This document shows positions 41,989 to 52,713 of a stretch of 64,000 nt of DNA, piece after piece (positions within the stretch are counted from its first letter, which is position 1; the number at the start of each line of letters is the position of its first letter). This DNA comes from an uncultured Nitrospiraceae bacterium. Its GTDB lineage: Bacteria > Nitrospirota > Nitrospiria > Nitrospirales > Nitrospiraceae. The notes under the pieces are model-generated. The model saw only the letters and a list, made by a program, of their open reading frames with translations. It was not told where the DNA came from and made no database searches. Location of the stretch: positions 384,001-448,000 of the forward strand of contig CAWJWJ010000002.1 in assembly GCA_963846575.1 (NCBI GenBank), written 5' to 3'. The position numbers and the translations under genes were made by a program.

Positions 41989-42146
41989 TCCTTCCTGGCA
42001 ACGACTGTGTGAGGGACGTGTTTGCGGTCGCACAGATCAGAGGCCTATCCCGTGCGACTGATCGTACGGTCCACGTGTCTGTCCCGCGGATCACCGTCAC
42101 GCCTGGGCGACTTGCTGCCGATTCTCTCCCATGGTGCTGCAGTCAT

Positions 42147-42181
42147 TCGCTCACAGAATCTGTGGATAAGCATGTGTATAT
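42147..42181. promoter_or_regulatory. DnaA-box cluster (one perfect, two degenerate)
   Basis: TGTGGATAA at 42161-42169 (TTATCCACA on minus), TGTGTATAT at 42173-42181, opposed TCGCTCACA at 42147-42155. Confidence 0.45.
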
Positions 42182-42375
42182 TCGCCTTCCCCCAGCCGGA
42201 TGTCCCTATCAGACTGCTTCTTCAGCAGCCTGCACAAGTTTTAGGCATTGGGGTCACTGACTTCACGACCCCCTAGATCCTGTAGAGGATGAAAACACCT
42301 AGGGATATGTTTCAGGGCCAGGTGGCGTCTGGGGATAATGGAGGCAATCGGGACGAGGCGTTTTGGCGCAGCGGC

Positions 42376-42990
42376 TCAAAAAATACGGCGGTATTGTCTG
42401 CTGTGTACGCCGGAATCGTCGGCGAATCCGAGGGAGCCGGTGTCAGGATTGCTGGTGTCATTGAGATCGATCCGATAATGTCCCGCTACATGTTCCATGG
42501 CTTCTTCGAACGGAATCGCCTGAGGATAGAGGTTGCCTGGAGCGTGGGCACCACGAGCCAATGTACCGAGCACATCCGGCGTGGCATATTTCGCTTCCGA
42601 AAATATGTAGAGGTCGGCGACAGCCTGGTCGCCCAGTTTGTGGCCGGGGCTGGTCGCCGGGAGCATGGTCTCGAGGGTGTGATTCAGTCTGGCTTGCTTG
42701 AACTGCTTCAGGAGGCCGACGACCTGGCTGGTCGTCACCTGGGCCGGTACGACGATGCTCATGGCATTGAACTCCGTCAATGTCGTCTCAACTTTGAACA
42801 TCACCGGGGCTGCATCAGGGTCTTCCGTGACGACTTGTGAAATCTCCGGTCCTGCGGCTTGCTTTTGCTTCCCGCTCGGGACCGCCAGGTTAATCAGCAG
42901 CCACATCACGATAATAACGCCGAAGAGGACGATGAGCGGGTGGAGCCCCGCCCGTTTACCTTCTTCGTACGGATTGTCTTCATCGCTCAT
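42376..42990 (-). CDS. Hypothetical single-TM periplasmic protein
   Basis: MSDEDNPY start overlapping the mazG stop (ATGA overlap not exact but adjacent); one TM. Confidence 0.7.
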   Translation of the reverse strand: MSDEDNPYEEGKRAGLHPLIVLFGVIIVMWLLINLAVPSGKQKQAAGPEISQVVTEDPDAAPVMFKVETTLTEFNAMSIVVPAQVTTSQVVGLLKQFKQARLNHTLETMLPATSPGHKLGDQAVADLYIFSEAKYATPDVLGTLARGAHAPGNLYPQAIPFEEAMEHVAGHYRIDLNDTSNPDTGSLGFADDSGVHSRQYRRIF

Positions 42991-43880
42991 GTGATTGCCT
43001 GCGTTGTTCCTGTCGACGGGGGATTCGACGAGGGCGACTTGGCAGACTGGCCCACCTCCAACTGTTTGGCCGCCTCCCACTGCTGATTCATTTCTGTCAG
43101 GGTAAGGTCGTTCACGCGACGTCCCTCGCGCGCCGCTTCTCGTTCGATAAACTGAAAGCGGTTTGTGAACCGGTTAGTCGCCTGACGAAGCGACTCTTCT
43201 GGATTCACTTTGAGGTGCCGAGAGACGTTGACCAGTGAAAATAGGAGATCTCCCAGTTCATCTGCCATTTCGCTCGTGGGGTCCCCCACGGTCGTTGCCC
43301 CGGCCGCGTCGTTGATGGCTTCTCGGAGTTCGCCGATCTCCTCTTCCACCTTCGCAAGGACCTCGGTCAGGCCCTGCGGGCTGTCAGGCCAGTCGAACCC
43401 GACGCGTGCCGCCCGGACCTGGCTTTGATAAGCGCGGAGTAGGGCCGGGAGCGCTTGGGGAATGTCGTGAAGGACTGATTCGGGTTGTCCTGCATTTTTG
43501 CGCTCGGCCCGCTTGATATCCTCCCAGCGATGAACGACTTGATCGGAATCGAGCCCAGACTCGGCTGGGGACGCATCGCCAAAGACATGGGGATGCCGGC
43601 GCACCAGTTTGTCCCCCAATTGCTGCACCACATCCGTTATGGTGAAGGTTCCCTCTTCCGAGCCGATTTGGCTGTGAAACAGGACCTGGAGGAGTACGTC
43701 GCCCAATTCTTCCTTGAGTTTGGCAAAATCTCGCCGGTCGATCGTATCCAGCGCCTCATAGGTTTCCTCAATCAGGTAGGGCTTGAGGGATTCGTGCGTC
43801 TGATTGCGATCCCATGGGCACCCGCCGGGCGCACGAAGCTGCGCCATGATGGCTACGACTCTATCAAACTCGTCGGACAT
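42987..43880 (-). CDS. mazG: Nucleoside triphosphate pyrophosphohydrolase
   Basis: LR..GGCPWD..QT, EE.YE, EELGDVLLQV, KL.RRHPHVF, GFDW and second ELGDLLF. Confidence 0.95.
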   Translation of the reverse strand: MSDEFDRVVAIMAQLRAPGGCPWDRNQTHESLKPYLIEETYEALDTIDRRDFAKLKEELGDVLLQVLFHSQIGSEEGTFTITDVVQQLGDKLVRRHPHVFGDASPAESGLDSDQVVHRWEDIKRAERKNAGQPESVLHDIPQALPALLRAYQSQVRAARVGFDWPDSPQGLTEVLAKVEEEIGELREAINDAAGATTVGDPTSEMADELGDLLFSLVNVSRHLKVNPEESLRQATNRFTNRFQFIEREAAREGRRVNDLTLTEMNQQWEAAKQLEVGQSAKSPSSNPPSTGTTQAIT

Positions 43881-44014
43881 GAAGATCCCCCTTGATGGCG
43901 TCACTCTAGCTGAGTTCCGTGGCGCCTTCAACGGGGCAGCTGTCTTGCGCGCGTCACAGGCCTATGGTAGGGTACCGCCCTGTCTTTGAAGGTTGGTTGA
44001 TCGGAGGCATTAGC

Positions 44015-44437
44015 ATGGGCGAAGAACAGGACCAGGGATTTGTGATTCGGGATCGTCGTGGACGAAGTGAGGGCGCGCCTTCCCCTTCCGAGGCTGCACC
44101 TCCGGCCCAGTCCGGACCGCCGCCGGCGGCCGAAGCTCATCACGAACATGGAGACTCGAGGGCCGGTCACCTTCCGGTAAACTTTTCTTCCTTCGTCATT
44201 TCCATGGGAAGCTCGGCCTTAATGCTTATGGGCGAACAACTGGATCCCGGTCAGCCGGCCATGCCCTTGAATCTCCCGCAAGCCAAAGAAATCATCGACC
44301 TGCTTTCAATGCTCGAGGAAAAGACGCGAGGCAACCTCACTTCGGATGAGCAAGTCGTCATGAAGGACATGCTCTATGCCTTGAGGATGAAATTCGTGAG
44401 TTTGACCTCTGGAAAATCAGCCATTCATACGCCCTAG
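44015..44437 (+). CDS. DUF1844 domain protein
   Basis: F.IRDRR; FS.FVIS...AL..MG; AKE.IDLL.ML.EKTRGNL..E...L..LRMKFV. Confidence 0.85.
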   Translation: MGEEQDQGFVIRDRRGRSEGAPSPSEAAPPAQSGPPPAAEAHHEHGDSRAGHLPVNFSSFVISMGSSALMLMGEQLDPGQPAMPLNLPQAKEIIDLLSMLEEKTRGNLTSDEQVVMKDMLYALRMKFVSLTSGKSAIHTP

Positions 44438-44638
44438 TCCCGTGACCTCTGCTTCGCTGCCCGTCCTGCTTGGCGCCGTCCCGGTTTCTCCGGTCGCATC
44501 GGTGTCCCGCGTTCCCTGGTACAAGAATCTTCCTAGATGAGAACGCACCCCATATCAGTCGTTGCCTTTTTGAGACTCCCCTCGAAATTCGTTATGATGC
44601 TAGGTCGCGCGAAGGGGAGGTGAGCCGGAGGCTGCCGG

Positions 44639-46936
44639 ATGCCCGAATCGATGGACATGACCAAACTCGTCCCGCCCGGCGTGCTGCGGGAGGAAAAGCC
44701 GTTGTCCTCCGCCTCCGCGGAAAGCGAGCGGCGTAAACGCCATGTCCGGCCGGTCTGGATCGTGCTCATCCTGCTACTGCCCTGTCTCGTCCTGACGTTC
44801 TACTATGCCCAGACCGCTATCCCGCTAGGTGAGGAGTCGGATTCCTTTCTGCCCAGCACCGGGTACGCCTTCGTGCTTCTGCTGGTCAATCTCGATTTGA
44901 TCGGCTTCGTCGTTCTCACGCTCCTGCTGTCACGCAATCTCATTAAGGCCTATTTCGAACGGCGGCATCGGCTGGTGGGGTCCGGCTTCCGCGCGAAACT
45001 GGTCGCGGCGTTTATCGGATTTTCGCTGATTCCGACCGTCTTGCTGGCACTGGTCGCGAGCGGGTTGGTGAATAAGGCGGTCGACGTCTGGTTCAACGAT
45101 CAAATCGAACATGTCATGAAGGATTCCTACGAGGTCGCGCGGATGCATCATGCCGGCCATGTGTCGCTGGCGATCAATAGCGCACGCGCCATCAGTCACG
45201 AAATCTTCCGCGAAGAGCTGCTGTTACCTGAGCAACGTGACCTACTTGTCGCGGCAATCGCGAGGAAACGTGCGGAATATGCCACGGCCGGGATCGAAGT
45301 CTTTTCTTCGAAAATGGAAACTCTGACCAAGTCGCTCGATCCGGAGGTGCCGGTCACCGTGCTTGATCTGCCGATCGGCCAGTTGGTATTGCAGGTGATT
45401 AACGGCAAGCAGGAACTCACGTCGGTGCAGGAAGCGCAGACTGGCCGTCTGGTGAGGGCCGGGGTCCCCATCGCTTCGAGCATCCACCGTGGTGAGATCG
45501 ATGGTGTGGTGGTGGTGGACGCTTACGTGCCTGAATCTTTGCTCGGGAAGATGGAGAGCATCGGGCGCCAGTACTCCGAGTATAAACAGATGAAGGCCAT
45601 GAAGAATCCGATCAAGGCCGGGGCCTATTTGCTGGTAGCTGTCATTACCGTCATGATCCTGTTCAGTGCCACCTGGTTCGGCTTCTACGTGGCCCGTGGT
45701 ATCACCGTTCCGATTCAACGGCTGGCCGAGGCAACGGAATCCATTGCCCAGGGCGATCTCTCCGTGCGCATTGAAGCGAAAGCGACCGATGAAATCGGCA
45801 CCCTGGTCGAATCCTTCAATCGCATGACAGGCGATCTGCAGAGCAGCAAGACGAAAGTGGAAGAGGCCAACGTGTCGCTTCGGCAATCCAACCTCGAGTT
45901 GGATCGCCGGCGTGCCTATATTGAAACGGTGGTGGATACGATTGCTGCGGGGCTGCTCTCCATTGATCGGCAGGGGATCATCACTACCTTCAATCCGTCC
46001 GCGGAGCGCATGCTCGGGCTTTGGGCCGACCGGTTTCGCGGGCGGCCGGCCAATGAGGCGTTTAAGGAATATAAGCTGGACCTGTTTCAGTCCGTGTATG
46101 ATCGTATGCTGGCCGACCAGCGCGACAATATAGCGGTCGAGGGTCAGTTGGACCTGCAGGGGCGATTCCTGACCATCGGCGTGCACTGTTCGCGGATGAA
46201 GGATGAAGCGGCGAGGGATCTGGGGTTCGTGCTGATTTTTGAGGACCTTTCGGAATTGATCAAGGCGCAGAAGGCGGCGGCCTGGCGTGAGGTCGCGCAG
46301 CGCATCGCCCATGAGATCAAGAATCCGTTGACGCCCATCCAGCTCTCAGCCCAACGGCTGCGGAAAAAGTTCCAGGATAAGGCTCCGGATTTTGACCGGA
46401 TTTGCGACGAATCCACCCAGGTGATCGTGAATGAGGTGGGTAGTCTGAAGCAGATGCTGGACGAGTTCTCCAAATTCGCGCGCATGCCGGCGCCTCACAT
46501 GACGATGGGCTCATTGGACGACGTGGTGAAAGAAGTGGTCGCGCTGTATCAGAGCGCGCATCGCGAGATCGACTGTGTGGTGGATTTGGATCCTGACCTG
46601 CCGTCGTTTAATTTTGACCGGGAGCAGATCAAGCGCGTGCTGGTCAATTTGTGCGATAACGGTATTCACGCGATGAACCACAAGGGCCGGCTCTGGATTA
46701 CCACCCGCTACGACACGAAACAGCGAAGGGCGGTCGTAACCGTCGCGGATGAAGGATCAGGGATCGCGCCCGAGGATCAAGAGAAGTTATTCGTGCCGTA
46801 CTTTTCGAGAAAAAAGACCGGAACGGGGCTGGGACTAGCTATTGTACGGCGAATTGTGACCGATCACGACGGCCAGATTCACTCGGGAAACCATCAGCCC
46901 AAAGGCGCGCTGTTTACCTTTGAGCTGCCGGTGTAA
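44639..46936 (+). CDS. ntrY: NtrY-like sensor histidine kinase (TM, HAMP, PAS, HisKA, HATPase)
   Basis: AWREVAQRIAHEIKNPLTPIQLSAQRL; HAMP DEIG.LV.SFN.M; GTGLGLAIV. Confidence 0.85.
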   Translation: MPESMDMTKLVPPGVLREEKPLSSASAESERRKRHVRPVWIVLILLLPCLVLTFYYAQTAIPLGEESDSFLPSTGYAFVLLLVNLDLIGFVVLTLLLSRNLIKAYFERRHRLVGSGFRAKLVAAFIGFSLIPTVLLALVASGLVNKAVDVWFNDQIEHVMKDSYEVARMHHAGHVSLAINSARAISHEIFREELLLPEQRDLLVAAIARKRAEYATAGIEVFSSKMETLTKSLDPEVPVTVLDLPIGQLVLQVINGKQELTSVQEAQTGRLVRAGVPIASSIHRGEIDGVVVVDAYVPESLLGKMESIGRQYSEYKQMKAMKNPIKAGAYLLVAVITVMILFSATWFGFYVARGITVPIQRLAEATESIAQGDLSVRIEAKATDEIGTLVESFNRMTGDLQSSKTKVEEANVSLRQSNLELDRRRAYIETVVDTIAAGLLSIDRQGIITTFNPSAERMLGLWADRFRGRPANEAFKEYKLDLFQSVYDRMLADQRDNIAVEGQLDLQGRFLTIGVHCSRMKDEAARDLGFVLIFEDLSELIKAQKAAAWREVAQRIAHEIKNPLTPIQLSAQRLRKKFQDKAPDFDRICDESTQVIVNEVGSLKQMLDEFSKFARMPAPHMTMGSLDDVVKEVVALYQSAHREIDCVVDLDPDLPSFNFDREQIKRVLVNLCDNGIHAMNHKGRLWITTRYDTKQRRAVVTVADEGSGIAPEDQEKLFVPYFSRKKTGTGLGLAIVRRIVTDHDGQIHSGNHQPKGALFTFELPV

Positions 46937-47083
46937 ACGACGCTGGGACCAGGGACCCATAGGATATTCCGCGCGGTCATCCGGCAAGGGCCGGTCAGGA
47001 TCGCAAGCCGGTAGGTTGGTGTCACAGTGGCGAGCCGCAAAGCACGGGACTTTTTCCTCACGTCCTCCTAGCCTGGAGAAGAC

Positions 47084-48484
47084 ATGTCTGCCTCGATCCT
47101 CATAGTAGACGATGAAGTGTCGATTCTGAATTCACTGAGCAGCATCCTGGAGGATGAAGGCTATGAGGTGAGTGTGGCCAAGAGCGGAACGGAGGCTCTC
47201 CGGTTGTGCGCGGTGAGTCCGCCGGAGTTGATGATGCTCGATATCTGGATGCCTGAGATGGACGGGCTGGAAACTCTCAGGCGCTTGCGTGAACTGGTTC
47301 CGAATACGCAAGTCATGATGATGTCGGGGCATGGGTCGATCGAGACGGCGGTCAGGGCTATTAAGCTGGGAGCCTATGATTACATCGAAAAGCCTCTGTC
47401 ACTCGAAAACGTCACGCTGCGGGTCAAGCATGCCTTGGATCAACACAGGCTCGAACAGGAGAACCGGACGCTTCGCACCAAGGTGGAACGCAAGTTCGAG
47501 TTGATTGGACGTGCTCCGGTCATGCAGCAATTAAAACAAATTATCGAAACGGCCGGTCCGACCAACAGTCGTGTATTGATCGGCGGTGAGAATGGAACCG
47601 GAAAAGAACTCGTCGCCAGGGCGATCCATCAACATAGTGCCAGAGTCGACCGTCCATTCGTGGCCGTGAACTGCGCCGCCATTCCCGAAACCTTGATCGA
47701 GAGCGAGCTCTTCGGGCACGAACGAGGGTCGTTCAGCGGCGCCACGGCCATGAAGCGCGGCCAATTCGAGCAGGCCGACAGCGGCACGCTGTTTTTAGAT
47801 GAAATCGCGGACATGAGCCTCAGCACCCAGGCGAAGGTCTTGCGGGCTCTTCAGGAGCAACAGTTTACGCGGGTTGGCGGAAGCAAGTTGATCAAGGTGG
47901 ATGTGCGGGTGTTGGCAGCGTCCAATAAGGATCTGTTGAAGGAAATTGACAAGGGTACCTTTCGGGAAGACCTGTTTTATCGCCTGAACGTGGTGCCGAT
48001 CGTGGTGCCGACGCTGCGCGACCGTCGTGAAGATATTCCATTGCTCGTGAAACATTTTCTCCATGTGCATGCCGAAGAACAAGGCTTGAAGATCAAGCAG
48101 GTGTCGCCGGAGGCGATGGACGTATTCATGCACTACGAGTGGCCGGGTAATATTCGCGAATTGCGCAATTTGATCGAACGACTCATGATCATGGTGCCGG
48201 GTCCGGTCATCGAGGGCACGCATGCATCGGTGGCATTACACGTCCGTCCTAATCTGTCGGCGCCGCCGGTCATGGCGGGTGTTCCACCGGCCAATGCCCT
48301 GCTGACGAGGCATTACGACTCCCTTCGCGACGCCCGCAATGCGTTCGAGAAGGAATTTATCGCACGCAAGCTGCGCGAGCACCATTGGAATATTTCCCGC
48401 ACGGCCGAAGACCTCAAGATCGAGCGCAGCCACCTCCATCGCAAGATCAAGTTGCTGGATGTGGAGATGCGCCCTGAAATCTGA
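47084..48484 (+). CDS. ntrX: NtrX-like sigma-54 family response regulator
   Basis: REC domain (DIWMP, SGHG), AAA+ GENGTGKE, GSFSGA in place of GAFTGA, C-terminal HTH. Confidence 0.85.
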   Translation: MSASILIVDDEVSILNSLSSILEDEGYEVSVAKSGTEALRLCAVSPPELMMLDIWMPEMDGLETLRRLRELVPNTQVMMMSGHGSIETAVRAIKLGAYDYIEKPLSLENVTLRVKHALDQHRLEQENRTLRTKVERKFELIGRAPVMQQLKQIIETAGPTNSRVLIGGENGTGKELVARAIHQHSARVDRPFVAVNCAAIPETLIESELFGHERGSFSGATAMKRGQFEQADSGTLFLDEIADMSLSTQAKVLRALQEQQFTRVGGSKLIKVDVRVLAASNKDLLKEIDKGTFREDLFYRLNVVPIVVPTLRDRREDIPLLVKHFLHVHAEEQGLKIKQVSPEAMDVFMHYEWPGNIRELRNLIERLMIMVPGPVIEGTHASVALHVRPNLSAPPVMAGVPPANALLTRHYDSLRDARNAFEKEFIARKLREHHWNISRTAEDLKIERSHLHRKIKLLDVEMRPEI

Positions 48485-48667
48485 GCCGCAGCCGGAACCT
48501 GTGCACCCCATGTTTTCCGGTTCGAGCTGCCTCCCACTTTTCCTCCGTGCTCCGCAATTTCCTCCCGTCTGCGGCCTGAACGGCAGCCCGCTGTTCGAGT
48601 GTCCGGGACATCTCTCAGGCTTCCACTGTTGACCAACTGTCTGCCGCATCGCTAAGATGCGACCCCT

Positions 48668-49705
48668 ATGACTACCTATCGCGATGCCGGGGTCGATATC
48701 GATGCCGGTGATGAATTTGTGGAACGGATCAAACCGCATGTGCGGGCTACGTTTCGTCCTGAGGTCCTTACCGATCTTGGCGGGTTTGGAGGATTGTTCC
48801 GGCTACAGGCGCATCGCTACCAGGAGCCCGTTCTCGTGTCCGGAACCGACGGCGTGGGGACGAAGCTGAAAATCGCGTTCCTCATGGACAAACACGATAC
48901 GGTCGGAATTGATCTGGTCGCGATGTGCGTGAACGATATCGCCGTGAGTGGCGCAGAGCCGTTGTTTTTTCTCGACTACTTCGCTACCGGGAAATTATCG
49001 TTGGGCACGGCGGAGGCCGTGGTGCGAGGAATTTCGGATGGGTGCCGCCAGGCAGGCTGTGCGCTTATCGGAGGGGAAACAGCCGAGATGCCGTCTTTCT
49101 ATGCCGAAGGGGAATACGATCTGGCCGGTTTTGCCGTCGGGGTGGTTGATCGCCCGAAGATGATTGACGGCCGACAGATTGCGCCGGGTGATGCCGTCAT
49201 CGGCCTCGCCTCGACCGGCGTGCATAGTAATGGGTTTTCACTGGTGCGGAAAGTACTCTTTGAGCGGAGCGGCCTAGGGGTCGAAAGTGTGCTGCCGGAA
49301 CTCGGCGGACCATTGGGTGAGACGTTGCTCACCCCCACGCGTATTTATGCCAAACAGGTGCTTTCGCTGGCAGAAACCTGTCCGATCAAAGGGATGGCGC
49401 ATATAACGGGTGGTGGAATCACCGATAATCTGCCCCGAGTCTTCCCGGCTCGTTGCGGGGCGCGCATCCGCCGCGGGTCGTGGCCAGTACTGCCGATTTT
49501 TCAGGTGATCCAGGACCGCGGGGCCGTTGGGGTGGATGAGATGTACCGGGTATTCAACATGGGTATCGGAATGATTCTGATCGTCGCCCCTGAACATGTT
49601 GATGCGGTTCTGGCCAAGGCTTCGCAGTTGGGCGATCACGCTTACTCCATCGGTGAGATGGTAGCGCAAACGGCGAACGAAGGTGTGGTGGAGTATGTCG
49701 GGTAG
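48668..49705 (+). CDS. purM: Phosphoribosylformylglycinamidine cyclo-ligase
   Basis: [36 protein letters not shown] and FNMGIG motifs. Confidence 0.97.
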   Translation: MTTYRDAGVDIDAGDEFVERIKPHVRATFRPEVLTDLGGFGGLFRLQAHRYQEPVLVSGTDGVGTKLKIAFLMDKHDTVGIDLVAMCVNDIAVSGAEPLFFLDYFATGKLSLGTAEAVVRGISDGCRQAGCALIGGETAEMPSFYAEGEYDLAGFAVGVVDRPKMIDGRQIAPGDAVIGLASTGVHSNGFSLVRKVLFERSGLGVESVLPELGGPLGETLLTPTRIYAKQVLSLAETCPIKGMAHITGGGITDNLPRVFPARCGARIRRGSWPVLPIFQVIQDRGAVGVDEMYRVFNMGIGMILIVAPEHVDAVLAKASQLGDHAYSIGEMVAQTANEGVVEYVG

Positions 49706-50369
49706 GCCGGCGCAACTGGTACGACTCGGCGTGTTACTGTCAGGCCGAGGGTCGAATCTCCAAGCAATTATTGATGCCATTGAAAGCGGAACACTCTCGG
49801 CTGAAGTCGCCGTGGTCGTCAGCAACAAACAGGATGCCGGTGGTCTCGACCGGGCACGGAAGCACGGGGTGCCACATGTGTGGCTGGATCCGAAGCCCTT
49901 CGCCGGCCGGCCGGAAAGTCGTGAGGCGTATGATCGGGCGGTGCTGGACGTCCTGCGGAAATACGAAGTGGATCTGGTACTCTTGGCCGGGTACATGAAA
50001 ATTGTGACGGGCGCGCTCGTAACCGCTTATCAGAACCGGATGATGAATATTCATCCGTCGCTGCTTCCCTCATTTCCCGGGCTGGAGGTACAGAAGAAGG
50101 CGATCGACCATGGGTGTAAAATCGCCGGCTGCACGGTGCATTTCGTGACCGAAGGCGTCGACGAGGGGCCGATCATCATCCAGGCTGCCGTGCCGATTCT
50201 GGAAGGCGACAGCCCGGATGTCCTGGCAGCCCGCATCCTGGAGCAGGAACACCGGATCTATCCCCGAGCGGTTCAACTGTTCGCTGAGGGACGGTTGCGG
50301 GTCGAGGGACGGCGAGTGATCGTGGATGAGCCAGGACTGGCCGCGGACGGTTTTCACAATCCGGTGTAA
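49695..50369 (+). CDS. purN: Phosphoribosylglycinamide formyltransferase
   Basis: [38 protein letters not shown] and EH motifs. Confidence 0.97.
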   Translation: MSGRPAQLVRLGVLLSGRGSNLQAIIDAIESGTLSAEVAVVVSNKQDAGGLDRARKHGVPHVWLDPKPFAGRPESREAYDRAVLDVLRKYEVDLVLLAGYMKIVTGALVTAYQNRMMNIHPSLLPSFPGLEVQKKAIDHGCKIAGCTVHFVTEGVDEGPIIIQAAVPILEGDSPDVLAARILEQEHRIYPRAVQLFAEGRLRVEGRRVIVDEPGLAADGFHNPV

Positions 50370-50376
50370 CTTGGTA

Positions 50377-50405
50377 TGGAGACCCTGACGTCGGTTGTGT
50401 ATAAT
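50377..50405 (+). promoter_or_regulatory. Sigma-70 promoter of tRNA-Ala
   Basis: TGGAGA-17 nt-TATAAT, 15 nt before the tRNA. Confidence 0.6.
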
Positions 50406-50420
50406 GCCCCTGAGAATTGT

Positions 50421-50496
50421 GGGGGGCTAGCTCAGTTGGGAGAGCACTACGTTCGCAACGTAGGGGTCGGGGGTTCAACTCCCCTGCCCTCCACCA
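50421..50496 (+). tRNA. tRNA-Ala (anticodon CGC)
   Basis: 76-nt cloverleaf: acceptor GGGGGGC/GCCCTCC with G3:U70, anticodon arm CTACG-TTCGCAA-CGTAG, TTCAACT T-loop, encoded CCA. Confidence 0.97.
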
Positions 50497-52159
50497 CTTT
50501 CGTTGATGACTTCAACGCCTGTCAGTAGACGATCGAATGTACCCGTGGCCGTGAAACGATAGCCTCGTTTCCCGCCTTTCTCAACGGGCTCGCACACAAT
50601 ATGTCCATCTAAAAGCTTCCTGAGCATTTGGCGGGCAAGAGGAATCTGTCTGGCAAACAGGGCAGGGATGTCTCCCACACGATTTCTTAGTTCCTTGGCC
50701 AGACGATTCTCGTCTACCTGAACCAGTTCGACAAGCTCATCAAGTTTTACTAATTCTGCCAATAACGTCTTCTTCCTTGCTTCCTCATGATGTAGGGACT
50801 CATCTATAGCATCAGTTGCTCTACCGTTTGCGATGTGTTCAACGAGATGATGTAGCCGCGTTTGTATCAAGGAGAGTTCTCGCTCAATAGCGACGCGCTG
50901 ATCAGGAAATTTCTTCTGTTCATTCCTGACTCGTTCGAGAGCTTTGGCTACTGAAGCTTCTAGCACCTGCTCATCTAGCACGTCGTTTATTGCGTGAAGA
51001 ATTGCGGAATCGAGGATATCCTGTCGGACTTCCACACTGTTGGTACACACAGCATGGCCCCGCTTATGATGATAGGCACAGCGATATGCGATTCGTGTGT
51101 AATGCTGTTTGGAGGTTCGCTTGATTGCCACGATTGACCCGCCGCAGGTGACACATTTTGCAATGCCGCTGAGCAAATAAGTAGACCTTAAATCCTCGCC
51201 TGTCGGTCGCGAAATGAGACGGCCACTTTTCTCTCGAAGGTACGCGCATTTGTTACTCAACCTGCGCGCTTCGACCTTTTCCCACAGCGTCTCGGAGATA
51301 ATCTTCAATTCTGGCGCTTCTAATCGAAGCCATTCCGACTGCGGACGTTTTCGTTGCTTACGGGTTCCACCCAGCTGGACGGTTTGAGTCCGATTCCAGA
51401 GCACCACTCCACGATAAAGATCACGGTGCAAAATGTCTCGAAGGGCTGTCGGGCACCACCCAAGAACCCCGCCGTGCGGAGGTGCGATGTGATCTTCATT
51501 TAATGCTTTTGCGATGCGGGCGAGCCCAAGCCCTGACGCGTACATTTCGAAAATCGGACGACGACCTTAGTTTGTTCAGTATTAATTCTTCTCACCACGT
51601 GTTGACGATGTGGTGTCCCGTCCGCGTTCGCCTGGTTACCGTATATGGGGACATTGTCATAGCCAAACACCTTATTCCCCGTTACGTGAAGAGCCTTGGC
51701 TTTTCGAAACATGGCGTCATAGGTTCTTTGACTCGCTTTCTCTCGCTCCATTTCTGCCGAGAAATTCGTGAGGCTGAGCATCACTTTGTCGAGAGCATTG
51801 TCGAGCTTTCGTTCTTGATTGGTCAGATAGAAGAATATGCGCACGCCACTGTCGATAATTTGCTTAAAGGCATAACTTGATTGAATGGCCTCGCGGCCCA
51901 ATCGAGACTCTTCGCTCATAATAAGAACTTGGAAAGCTGGACGTGGCTTAAGAGCATTCATCAGTCGAAGAAAGCCCTGTCGCTTTAAGAATTCCGCGCC
52001 AGACACGCCGTCATCAGAGTAAATATGCTCCTTAGAAACGGTCCAGCCCTTTTGTTCGGCATAGGCAATACCGTGTTCTATTTGACGAGTAACCGACTTC
52101 TCTTCATCACTGAACCCTACCTGTTCAGTCGACTTTCTACAGTAGATGGCCGCAATCAT
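50475..52159 (-). CDS. Large serine recombinase (integrase), about 560 aa, one frameshift near 51555
   Basis: Catalytic IYCRKST, SDDGVSG and ESRLGR; recombinase domain (FGY...IFEMY..G.G...IAK.LN); Zn ribbon CVTCGG...YRC; coiled coil. One added base joins the two ORFs. Confidence 0.88.
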
Positions 52160-52232
52160 CCCACTGCTCCTTTCAATTCCAAGTCGCCGCGTTTCGGCGA
52201 GGGAACATGAATGTTCCGACGCTGAGGGATTA

Positions 52233-52451
52233 TTAGCTTTCAGTGGACGGTGTCAACGCTAATTTACGGTTGGTTCGGGAAGGGGAATCGACCGTAAACA
52301 CTGTATGTGCTTGAAGATCCAAGAGAAGTAAATCATCAAGCAATGAAGAAATGTCATCGCGGAGTTGAGCGGAAATAGCTGTCTTGTCGGTTGGTGTCCA
52401 TTGTATTGATTTCTCTCTCACATGGATCGACCTAGCGTTACATCGTTTCAT
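52233..52451 (-). CDS. Small hypothetical protein upstream of the integrase (possible directionality factor)
   Basis: 72-aa ORF co-oriented with the integrase; amphipathic LRDDISSLLDDLLLLDL; function is positional inference only. Confidence 0.35.
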   Translation of the reverse strand: MKRCNARSIHVREKSIQWTPTDKTAISAQLRDDISSLLDDLLLLDLQAHTVFTVDSPSRTNRKLALTPSTES

Positions 52452-52713
52452 ATAAATGCTCTTCAGATTTAATTGGACCGGTGCCATTTACAAGATCCCA
52501 GTTCCATCGACTGAACCGTCTGCCGGTCCAACGGCTCCACGCCAAGAGTAAATCTCAGTAGGTGCGACCCGCGGCCGGGGAGCAGGGGATCAGGCCTTCC
52601 CGTCCGTTCGTCCAGGCCTGCCCGCTGCGAGAGCCTCGTGCCGCCTCTTCTTCTACGCCCCACCCTCGGTGTGTGAAGGGTGGGGCTACATAGCAATGAA
52701 GAAGGAGGCGCAC

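Noticed and set aside
50176..50478. Minus-strand ORF MNPRPLRCERSALPTELAP
   Set aside because: Antisense shadow of the tRNA and purN, not a gene
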